Below, in pieces: positions 22,939-33,066 of a stretch of 44,599 bases of DNA. The stretch comes from Thelocarpon superellum (Eukaryota). The position numbers and the translations under genes are program-made. Numbering within the stretch: position 1 is the first letter of the stretch; each line of letters opens with the position of its first letter. The stretch covers positions 1 to 44,599 of the forward strand of contig JAPEUG010000109.1 of assembly GCA_026025795.1 (NCBI GenBank), given 5' to 3'. The notes under the pieces are model-generated. The model worked only from the letters and a program-made list of their open reading frames with translations, made no database searches and had not been told where the DNA came from.

Positions 22939-24628
22939 CTACCTAGCCTTGAGGCTACGTAGTCTCCAGGCACAGTGGATGAGAACCGAGCCGAATATCA
23001 TCGAAGTGCCCGGAAAGATGATGAGACCGAGGAATGAGCCATGCGAGCCGTCCAGAATGGCTCCTTGGATGGGAAGGCCGGTGAGCGATCTGCACGGCAC
23101 CCCCTCGACATGTCAGCTTGGTCCCATAGTCATGCTCGGGAAGGAAATTGCGGGGAACGGGAGGACAAACGCAAAGGCCACGACGTTCATGGTGCTGCCG
23201 AGCATGACACCCAGGTTCTCCGTCTTGCCGTCGCACAGATCCACAACACATGGTGTCATCAGGCTGACAAACGCACCGCTTGCGAAGCCGAAACCGAGCG
23301 TAAAGATAATGAGACCGGCCATGGAGCGATGGTAGTTCAGTGGTAGCCAGATGCCGAGCACGAGAATGCCAGAGGCATACGCCATGGTGGTCATGACGGC
23401 AAAGTGCCCCAGTCGGTCCGCAATGTGCGACGGGAGGACTCGCCCAGGGATCGAGGCGGCACTGGTGGGCGTCAGCATGCCATCACGCCATACACCATGT
23501 GCCATTACATCAAGCTTACTTCGTGATCGAGACAAGATACAGGGCAATCTTAGCCGAGTCCTCGCTCTGCGACGCGAAAAGCGCCATGAAGTTGAACGGG
23601 CCGAATACACCCCAGCTATCTCCGAGTCAGTCAATCGACGTAGCCCGGGAAAGAGCCAAACGTACAAGAAGAGAAAGGCCCCGGAGACATAGAGCAGAAA
23701 TGGCGGGGAGCGAAAGGCAGCCAGACTGGCAATCGACCGCTTTCCTTGCCAGCCCTTGGGCTTGTGGAGCGGCGAGATGAGAAGATTGGCCGCAACAAGC
23801 AGGATGCCTAGCATGAGTGCGGTCCAGCGAAGGGTCGGGGCAAACCCAATCCGATCGAAAAGTGTGGTGAGGAAGATGGGGAAGACGACGCCTCCTGGAA
23901 AGGCCGAATTAGCGCTGGCTCGGTCAAGGGGCCGATCAAACCCACCGAGCGAGGATCCGCTGGCCACAACACCCACGGCAAGCGCCCTTTTCTGGTGAAA
24001 GTACTGCCCGGCGACGACGAGTCCTGGATGGAGATCCAATCAGCTCTTGTAACGGCTCGCACTCGGCCGGCTGGTCAACGAACCTGGCATGAAGACCCCG
24101 GCCGCTCCGACACCGAAGCAAACGCTCTGTGCCAGGAAGATCTGCCAATACTCGGTGCAAAAGCTCAATGTCAGTACCCCCAGAACCACTAGCACTGATG
24201 CCGGGATCATGACCGGTCGCGGGCCGTACATGTCCACCAAGAGACCAACGGCTTGAGACAGGAAGAACATGAGGAACAATTGAAAGGTCAAGATCCAGGA
24301 GATGGACGAGGATGAGTAGGTAGTCAAGATGACTTCTTCATATTGAAATTGGAAAATTCCCAGACTGGGCTTGTCAGTCCATTGCCCTCTTCTCCTGCGT
24401 GGGAAGGGCGCATCAGGGTGCGGACGGGAACACTGACGCATTGATGAAGCCAAACGAGCAGAATTGACAAAGAAAGCCTCCGAGCACGGCTAACCAGGCC
24501 TGCGTTCCGCCATCGGGCGGGACAGCCTGCGTTGGTGCGACTGGCACGACTTCCTCTGCTTTCTCCGTGCATGCTGGAGCCAGGTCGCAATCCTGGCCCG
24601 GTCGGAGTTCCTTCGCGCTTGACGCCAT
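22939..24628 (-). CDS. MFS transporter, monocarboxylate porter (Mch/MCT) family, 438 aa, 7 exons
   Basis: Exons 24628-24438, 24364-24084, 24023-23946, 23894-23666, 23615-23520, 23461-23171, 23089-22939 (1317 nt). Family signature PDGGTQAWLAVLGGFLCQFCSFG; motif-A-like GLLVDMYGPR and IADRLGH; QYFHQKRALAVGVVASGSSLGG. Confidence 0.92.
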
Positions 24629-25303
24629 CCTACAAGCATAAGAGAGAGGTGATGAAGGGAGAGCAAGATATCGTGTTCAGCTGGGACGATAACAAGCTGG
24701 GTCGGACCAGACCATTTTGTATCGTTTTGAGCATCTCTCGAGCGTATAAGGGCGATGCCCACAGGCATCGCATCTCTTGTGCCTCCGGGCTCTGAACAGC
24801 GGTCATGATGGAAATCGGCCTCTCAACCGTCTCGGACAAGAATTACTCAAGTAGGATCATCCGGACCTGTGGTTCTGGGCCCAGGTATCTGGGGCTGACA
24901 GCAGCCCGGAGGCAAGGGTCGCCCGGCCCGCCGCTTGAGCTCTCCGCTCGCACGGTCCATGGACGAGCAACATAGGACTAGCTGATGCTTTCGGACATGG
25001 CCTGAATAGGCTCAACTGGAGGCGACAGGCTGTTGGGCCTCTGTTGCGCCACTGGAGTGAAGATGCTTCAACGGATCATGGGTGTCCAACAGGCTGCACC
25101 TGTCTCGGCCGTGTCTCGGGCGATGCAACTTGACAGGGCTGCACGTAAGCAAACTCGCCTTTGTTGGAGGGATTCAGGAAGGTCCCAACTTGGCACGAAG
25201 CACTGTGTTCGAGTCCTCTCGTGAGCTCTCGCTTACTAAGAACCCACGGCAGTACCAACCAATAATTTGGTTATCGTACCCTTTACCTCTCACCTGCACC
25301 GGT

Positions 25304-25387
25304 GACAGCAACAGCGACAGCAACAGCAACAGCGACAGCGACAGCAACAGCGACAGCAACAGCAACAGCGACAGCAACAGCAACAGC
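25304..25387. repeat. (RACAGC)14 hexanucleotide microsatellite with 36-bp higher-order unit
   Basis: Units GACAGC (G) and AACAGC (A) in order G A G A A G / G A G A A G / A A. Confidence 0.95.
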
Positions 25388-25474
25388 AACATCGACCTTA
25401 TCTTGACTTTCCTTTTGCGTATCTTGCCCATCACGCGCAGATGGCGACATGCATGAGGAAGGGTCTAATGCCTG

Positions 25475-25510
25475 GGGGCGGCGGGGCGGCGGGGCGGCGG
25501 GGCGGCGGGG
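25475..25510 (+). repeat. (GGGGCGGC)4+GGGG octamer repeat, potential G-quadruplex
   Basis: Four perfect 8-mers plus a fifth GGGG tract. Confidence 0.9.
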
Positions 25511-26130
25511 CTAATGGCGGGCGAGAATACGAGTACCGCGACAGCGAGAGCCTTGAATCCGCACACTTCATACCATAGGAGCACACAAAGCCGATTCTTC
25601 GCGGCTAGCAGACGCACGGAGGCTGCCGCACATCCGGACTGCGGTTTCGTCCGTGGCTTCCTGCTTAACCCCTGAGCCTCCGGCGTGTCGCCGGTCGCAA
25701 TCGCAGATGGGCGTGACGCCGGTCAGAAGGCGGGCGGAAATTGCACTACTTTTAGATGCCTCTATACACGACATGGCTTTCCGCCAATCCAGTGTCTCCG
25801 GTAGGCTTGATCGCTCACCTCTCTTCCATTACGGTGTCTTCCGGCCAAAGGGCGTAGTCGATGGTGGAGATGGCAGCCTCCCCTCATGGACCTGTGTACC
25901 TCACGACGGAGATCATCACCAACTACGTTCCGACGTACGTGGCGACGATGCCAGAAAGTTGGCAAGGTATGTCAACAGTCCATCAATTTGGGAGGATAAG
26001 TACAAGTACACTTGAAGTGAAGTAGTAGCATCCACGGTTCCTCCGACATACCTCGCGGAGGACACCCGGTTTCCGTCTCTGCAGCCACATATGCCTGACG
26101 GGCCCAAGTCACTTGTACCTTCTGGTCTCG

Positions 26131-27489
26131 TCACGCAAAAGTTCCATCCTTGTACTTTGACTGGGACATGGGCTGCAGGTCATGGGGATTGGCCGAGGTC
26201 TGCCACCACGAGTTCTGGAAGACAAAGTTCGGGTGACCACCTTGGTTGAAGTTGATCCCGCTATAATCCCCCAGAGTGCCGGCGGGGCCCTGAAGCGGTG
26301 GGGCAAACCCAGGGCGAGGCGGCTGCTGAACGATCCAGCAATCGATCAGGGTGGCCGGCGTGGCCGACCCCACCAACCCATATTGTGCAAAGTCGCCATT
26401 CGTCGTCATTCCCTTGACGGTGAAGTTGCTGTTGTTCTCCGTCCCAATCACCGGCAAGATGCTCCCTCCCACGGTCGATTCACCAAGGCCGAGGTTGTAG
26501 CCCACCACCGTGTGCCTGTTCAGTTCGATCGCGCCGAGGGAGTCAGTGGAGAGGATGCCGTCGGATTCCAGACGCGAAAAGTCCCACGTGGCGCCATTGT
26601 ACTGGCCGGGATCGGGCCGACTGATGTGCGTCGGGTCGCTGTCATCGAAGCCCCAGCAGCCATGGTGGGACTGGCGCCATGCGGTCCGGTTGTAGCCTTC
26701 GGGCACTTGGAAGGTCACTGTCGTGCCGTCCACGGCCGACATGCGTGCATACGTCCATTGCTCGCCCTGGTCGATCCAAAAGGTGCCGCCCAGGATGGTG
26801 AAGCCGGGAGATTGGTTGATGTACAGCATCTGGCCCGGTCGCCGATCGAGATTCTCCGGCGTGATCTGAATGACAAAGGTGACGCCGCGGAGGTCGAGCG
26901 TCCAGCCGCCGTCGTAGAACTGAATCACGATGTTCGTGCCCGGGAAGGTGTTGGTGTCGGAATTGGCGGGGTGCACGGGCCCTAAATTATACGTGTAGAG
27001 GCCGGGCTTGATCTTGAGGAACTTCGACGGGAGCTTGTTGGCCTTTTGCTGCTCGCCCCACGCTTCGAAGGCCAGAGTGTCAAAGTTGATCCCGTCCGGG
27101 GGCGTGTAGATCGCTGCGCCCTCGGGCACCGGATCGAGAGGCGTCGGAGCGCACCAGTTGTCCCCGTTGATGGGGAAGCTCGCGGGACCGACTGGCGACA
27201 GCGTGCCAGACGCACAGGAAAGTTGAGTGAACCCCGGGCCTGGGGCAGAGGGCGACGTCCCGATAGCCGCCGCCGCCGCCTCCGTCCCGGTGGGAGTGGC
27301 CGAGTCTCCCGCAGGCGCATCGGACGACGAGCTACCTGGCGCGGAAGATACTGCTGATGACGAGCTGGCTGCGGCAGGGCTACCGTCCGGATTGACCATG
27401 ACCCATTGGATGTCGCAATTGTCGTCGGCGATCGGGGCACCAGAGACCAAGGCAGCCAGCAGGCCGAGCACAAGGGGAAGATTCCTCAT
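26131..27489 (-). CDS. Secreted protein, probable right-handed beta-helix (pectin-lyase-like fold), 452 aa, intronless
   Basis: Signal peptide MRNLPLVLGLLAALVSG-AP; Ser/Ala/Pro linker; beta-helix-like pattern LKIKPGLY...WTLDLRGVTF...GFTILGGTFWIDQGEQWTYARMSAVDGTTVTFQVPEGY...NNSNFTVKGMT. Coding status is solid, the fold is an inference. Confidence 0.75.
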   Translation of the reverse strand: MRNLPLVLGLLAALVSGAPIADDNCDIQWVMVNPDGSPAAASSSSAVSSAPGSSSSDAPAGDSATPTGTEAAAAAIGTSPSAPGPGFTQLSCASGTLSPVGPASFPINGDNWCAPTPLDPVPEGAAIYTPPDGINFDTLAFEAWGEQQKANKLPSKFLKIKPGLYTYNLGPVHPANSDTNTFPGTNIVIQFYDGGWTLDLRGVTFVIQITPENLDRRPGQMLYINQSPGFTILGGTFWIDQGEQWTYARMSAVDGTTVTFQVPEGYNRTAWRQSHHGCWGFDDSDPTHISRPDPGQYNGATWDFSRLESDGILSTDSLGAIELNRHTVVGYNLGLGESTVGGSILPVIGTENNSNFTVKGMTTNGDFAQYGLVGSATPATLIDCWIVQQPPRPGFAPPLQGPAGTLGDYSGINFNQGGHPNFVFQNSWWQTSANPHDLQPMSQSKYKDGTFA

Positions 27490-28959
27490 GATGAAAGGTA
27501 GTAGGGAATGACTGCACCAAGATGGAGTCTACACAAGACCTAATGGGTATGAATGAACGAAGGAGCTGTAAGAGCTTGGACCACAGGCTCAGCCCGGTCA
27601 CAAAAGGAGGACGAAGTCTAACGAGTAAGGAACGTGATGACCGCCCTCGAGCCGGTTGGAGATGAGAGGATGAGGATGAAGTGAACGGCCTCGCACCGAC
27701 TGCTGGCGGGGCTGGCCATCGACCTTCATATACAATGACCCATCAGGAAATGAGCACAACTTGGCTGGCGCTTATACAGCCCGTCCATGCATCGATGCAA
27801 TCAGTTATGTTTGTGTCAAACTTATGTACGTTCAAGTTGCGATTTGATCTGGTGATTTCCCAGCCGTGCCCCCCTCGGCAGTATTGCCGTTGTTGGACGT
27901 GCTAGAGTGGCGGTGGGGTGACAGCAGAGGCACCTAGAAGGCGGCAAGACGTCAATGACAGCGAAGAAAATAGGCTTCCTTGGCTAGTGAATGTTTCATC
28001 CGATCGGCGGCACCAGCCGCGCCGCCCCTGAATTTGCGGCGTGCTCCCGCCAAACGAGATGACCGACAAGCAAAAGGCTGCAAGGGTGAAATAAGCGAGC
28101 CGGTCTGTGGCAAGCACACTTCTAACGAGGATCATTACCCGTACTGATGTCTGCAAACTGCCCATTGCACCCATCATAGGTGCGAAGACAAAGAAGTGCA
28201 TGTCGTAACGTGTCAGGTACTGAGCAATCACCCTGTTGATAGCATGACTAGTAGTCAAGAGCATGGTCTATGGATCGACCCGATAGTGCTGTGAAGGGAA
28301 CCATCACTCATGCGTCGTCGCATTGTTCGTCAGAGAGAGCAGAGTTTGGAAAGACAACCTCCCTAAAGACAGGCGCCTTGTCTTCACGGAGGTTTCGTGC
28401 GGCTGGCGCAGGTGGTCGAGCTGCCGTAGATGTCTGTTCCACGGGTCGGCGAAGCGCAAGCCGCACTACGCTTACGAGGTGCAGCCAGGCGGCCAGGCTT
28501 TGCACCAACGCTTCCTCATCTCGGCAACACGATCTCGCGTGAGCTACTCCGGAGCTACTCGGATTTGTGTCCAAATTCTTCCAAGTTGAAGGGAGTGAGT
28601 ACTTGGGGAACTCTGGCCCCCTCTACACCCTCCCACAAAACCTCACCGGAGACCGATCGAGGAAGAGGTGAAACTCTCCGTTTCGGAACTCCTTCTGATC
28701 TCTACTCGACCACGGTTCCTCGTCCGCCTGAAAGATGGGATTTGTCCGGCTCGTTGGCCCCAACTCTTTGTTCTCACCGTGTACCGATCATTTTCGGTTT
28801 GACTTTACTCGAGTTCATTCAAGTGCATCTGATGTCCCTCGACTCAACGCAAGCTGAAGATAAACACATGTGTGAACCCAAGCAATACATGACTCTCTCC
28901 CCTCCCTCTCCGATCATCCCCTCTCCTTTCCCCCTCCCTGCCCTCATTTTTCCTCCTTT

Positions 28960-28996
28960 CATCAACCGAACCATCGACCGAAGCATCAACCGAACC
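28960..28996. repeat. Three imperfect 12-bp tandem units (CATCRACCGAAS) downstream of ssn6
   Basis: catcaaccgaac catcgaccgaag catcaaccgaac. Confidence 0.8.
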
Positions 28997-29300
28997 CCCT
29001 CGCATGCGTCATGCCTACCGATAACGATGCTGTGCAATGTCCCTTCATCTGTTCGTCCACCGTCCACCATCCACCCCTCCACCCCTCCTCTCCTCCGTCC
29101 CCATCCCTCTATCCGTTCGTCGCTGCATTGACGAGAATGTGGCCATCAGATACCGGACCCGGATGGGAGTATTGATGTACACTCTGATGATGATCGTGAC
29201 CCTGACCCTGAAAGTGACAGAAGAGAATCCGATACTGTAATTCAGCCCTAGCTCCCCTCCACCGTCCCTACTCAGATCAAGAACAGAGCCCGCATGACGC

Positions 29301-29346
29301 CGCAAGGAACGGGGCCACTCAGACGCAAGGAACGGGGCCACTCAGA
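29301..29346. repeat. Perfect 23-bp tandem duplication including the ssn6 stop codon
   Basis: CGCAAGGAACGGGGCCACTCAGA at 29301-29323 and 29324-29346; the ssn6 TGA (TCA on + strand) is at 29342-29344. Confidence 0.95.
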
Positions 29347-32191
29347 CTTCAGTCTTGGGCTGTCCATTCATCACGCCATTGGTCGGGTGGCTGGGGGGTG
29401 CCGAGGGAGGACTACTCCGGCCCGGGCCTTCCGTCGGCGCCGTTCGTTTCTCTTCCTCGCCATCGTCATCGTAGTTCTCGTCCACCTCCATCTTGCGCGC
29501 CGCCGGCTCGTGTTGCTCCCGCGGCTCATCCTTCTGAGCCTCCGACACCGGCGGCAGTTGCACCGGGTGATGCATCGGAGGTCCTAATGGCGGAGGGGGC
29601 GCCGCCGCATGGTGGGGAGGCGCGTCGGGCATGTGGTAGTTCTCATTGGGGCGTCGTGGCTCTTCCGCCCGGCGCGCTTCCGAAGAACTTCGTCGGTGTC
29701 CTTCCGCTATTGGGGGGCTGCGGTCCGGCGGGGAGGACCGATGGTGATGATGATCCTCCAGTCGCGCGCGAGTCTCTTCCGATGCCGGCTTCTTCGCGCC
29801 CACGCCATCATCCTCCCACTCTCTCATCCGCTTGAGCGCCGACGGAGGCCGCTCATCGCGGTCGCGAGCGGCAGCTTCCGCCGCGGCCAGGGCGGCCGCG
29901 GGAGGAGGGGCGCCACTCGCGATGCCGCTGGGGAGCGAGGGATTCGGGAGGTGCTGATGCGGCTGGTGCGGGTATGACGAGTTGGGTGACGAGGCGCGGT
30001 CATCCACGATTGGTCGCACTTCCGGCGGCGGGCTGTTGCCCCGGCCAAATGGCGGCATGGGCCCTGGTGGGCCACCCGCGTTCGGCGGCCCATTCGCCGT
30101 CGGCGGTGGGATGGTAGGCGTGGGAGCACCGTAGTTGGGGTTGGCGATACGATTGGGTGGGGCCGGCTGACTTTGGTGCGGCGCCGGTGGCAGTTGGGGC
30201 CCTTGGTGATGGTGCGGTGGCGGCGGCTGCTGCGTCATGCTCGATGGGGGCGGGTACGACAGCGGCTGCACGTTGATCTTGGGCGAGGGCGACATGGCCC
30301 GACGAGCCGGCGCGGGCCGCGGTGCCTCTTGGTACCCTCGCATGTGGTCCTGCCGGATCGCATCCAGTCGAGGACTGGCCGGTCGGGGCGGTGGCGGTGC
30401 TCTGACGCCATCACGTTGGTCGTAGGGATTCTGCGGTGGCGGCGGCGGCGGCGGCGGATTCTGTAGATCCGCGATGCGTCGCGGCCAGTCCCCCGCAGCG
30501 CCGCTCGGCGGCGGTCCGGGCTGCGGTCCCGGGCCCGGCGGGGGTGCGCCCCACTGCGGTCCGGGCGGTCCACCGACACCAGCCGCTTGGTAGGCCTGCG
30601 GATGGACATCCTGCGGCAAGGGCGCACTGTTCTGGTTGGGCATGCCGTTAGCTTGTCCGCTGCGCAACAGCGCCAGCCGCGCCTTGATGTGCACGTTCGC
30701 CGGGTCAAGTTCTGCCGCGCGCTGATACGCATCCAGAGCATCGTTGATCTGGTTGTTGCAGGACTCGTACTACGACCCAACGTCAGGACATGTTGCCCAG
30801 CATCCGCGCAGAGGCAAACTTACCAGCGTCCCAAGATCATACCACACTTCCGAGATGTACGGATTCAACCGAATGGCACGCGAGTATGCGTCGAGCGCGT
30901 CACGGTACTGGTTGATCTGATAATATAGCACGCCGATGGAGCACCAGAAGGTCGGGTTACGGCCATCTCGGTACACCGCTTGCTGATAAGCCTCATAGGC
31001 CTTCGGGTATTTCTGCTGCGACATGTAGCAGCGCCCAAGGAGGTACCAGCTTTGGGCGTCGGTGTTGTCTGCGCAAATCGTCAGTCTGGTGGGTCCGTTG
31101 CGTATGGCTGTCGTTCGTCGACCTAGACGCACCTGAGTTGACGGATTTCTCGAGATACTCGATGGCGTGCTCTTGGCTGCTGAAGCTGTTGCTCTGCTGA
31201 TGGTGTAGCCAGCCGAGCTGCTGTAGGACCTTGGCATGATCCGGGTCGCGATCCAGCACTCGGCGGTATGCGGCCTTGGCCGAGTCATACTACGCCCCCG
31301 TTAGCGCTCCGCGTCGGTGCTCACGATGGGTAGATCGCTTACGTCTTTCTGTTGCTCATGCACATGTCCAATCTGAAACCAGATATCCTCGTCCGTCAGC
31401 GGGCGCGGAGGATCGTTGACGATGTATTGGAAGCACTATGTTGCTGCGTTAGCGATGAAACAAGATCCTTCGGCGATGGAGGCGCGGTACCTCGAGACTT
31501 TGTTGATACTTTTGCTGTTGCTTATAGATGATGCCCAACCGGAAGTAGATCTCGTTGGCCTTCTCAAAATCGGGCTGCATGGTCATGACCTGGGAGAAGG
31601 CCTCCTCGGCATGCTCGAGCGAGCCGTATCGGTCGTAGAGAATACCGATGCCGTACCAGAGTTTGGGTTCCTACGCGCACGTCAGCTGCCACTGCATGAC
31701 GCATCTGATCGAAGCTCACATACCTTCGGATCGCGCAGGTGATAGAGAGCCTGCTGGTAGGCAGTGTACGCCTGTTGTAGATCGTCCATCATGAGGTAGC
31801 AATGCCCGAGGCTGCCCCAGACATCGCCATTGTTGCCCTCCAAGCTGAGGATATTCTTGAGGTACTCAACCGCCTTAGGAAAGTTTTCTTTGGTCCGGAG
31901 GATGCATGAGATGGCATTCATGGCCGGGATGGACCACTGGTTGTGTCGCATGGCCTGCTCGTACGCAGACAGCGCGCCATCCAGGTCTCCCATGAGTTCG
32001 GTCAAGCTTCCGATCTGCAGCCAGACCGCCTCGTTGATCGCCGTCAGATGTTGAGTGTTGGACTTAGGCTGCGCCGGAGCAGCGGGCGGATGATGGCCAT
32101 TGACCTGCGTAGAATGTTCATACGGTGGGCCACGCGAGTTGTGGTGCGCGTGCAGAGGCCCGGGTGGGGACTGGTGGGGATGGCTCGCCAT
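29342..32191 (-). CDS. ssn6: General transcriptional corepressor Ssn6/Cyc8 (TPR array plus long Pro/His-rich C-terminus), 856 aa, 6 exons
   Basis: Exons 32191-31724, 31670-31491, 31435-31343, 31289-31133, 31068-30824, 30769-29342 (2571 nt). TPR motifs WGSLGHCYLMMDDLQQAY, KLWYGIGILYDRYG, ANEIYFRLGIIYK, DGRNPTFWCSIGVLYYQINQYRDALDAY; C-terminal EPAARKMEVDENYDD. Confidence 0.96.
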
Positions 32192-33034
32192 CGTCAATCC
32201 GTAACTGCTTTGTTCCTAAACGATACTAGATGGCAACCGTCCAAGCTCTGGCTCTCGCAGCGACCGAGGACGCGACGACGATGGCGACGGTCGTCACCAC
32301 GATCCCGAAGGTTATGGTCCGTGCACAGAGGCAAGCTGAATGATGCGACGGCACCGTGGCGCGAGGTGGAGAGCGTGGGCAGGGCACAGGCGGGGTAGAA
32401 TTGGGAGGGTCTTGGTGCGGCGACAGCACACAAGCTGATCGTGAGACGGTGATGGAGAAGTCGAGCTTCAGACGAGCAGAGGTAGCCCCGGGGGCGGCAG
32501 CGCGGCCGTCGGCGCACGTTCGGCGCTGGCGACTGGGCGTTGAGGACGAGAAAAGTTCACGCTGGCCGCGATCGGGTAGCGGTGGCGGCGTCAGCAGCGT
32601 GTTGGGAGCCCGAGCATAACGGGTGGTGGGAGGTGGGTGCGGCAGCCGGGGAGGACGGCGGAGGTGACGGTGATGGGAGAGGAAGGGGATGGGGAGGAGA
32701 GGGCGGAGGAGGAGAAGGTGCCTGGGAGCCGGGGGCGGTGACGGGACGAGGGAAAATGCAACGCGAGAGAAACGGGGAATGGGGGCGATCAGGCCATCGA
32801 CCAAAGGCAGAAGGCAGAAGGCCGAAGGGCAGAATGGCGCCGGCGACAGCGTGGAATCGGCGGCGGGCCAAAGCTACTCGTACGCACCTGCGGGCAGTAG
32901 TCGGTAACTACTGCCCAGAGTCTACGTTTAAACGACCAGCGCCACAGGGTTAGGGGAGATGCCACGACGCTAGGCCGCCTTCTGAAGCCCCGGCGGACAA
33001 GCGACATGGGTCCTGGGATGGGGTGCGAGGGCGA

Positions 33035-33066
33035 GCGTCGGACGGAGGGGGCGTCGGACGGAGGGG
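33035..33066. repeat. 16-bp tandem duplication in the ssn6 upstream region
   Basis: GCGTCGGACGGAGGGG twice (33035-33050, 33051-33066). Confidence 0.85.

Noticed and set aside
25082..25456. ORFs with SDSN or poly-Leu/Ser runs
   Set aside because: Products of the hexamer microsatellite; no other coding evidence
25861..26025. 54-codon ORF MVEMAASPHGPVYLTTEIITNYVPTYV...
   Set aside because: Coding-like composition but too short and unconnected to support a call
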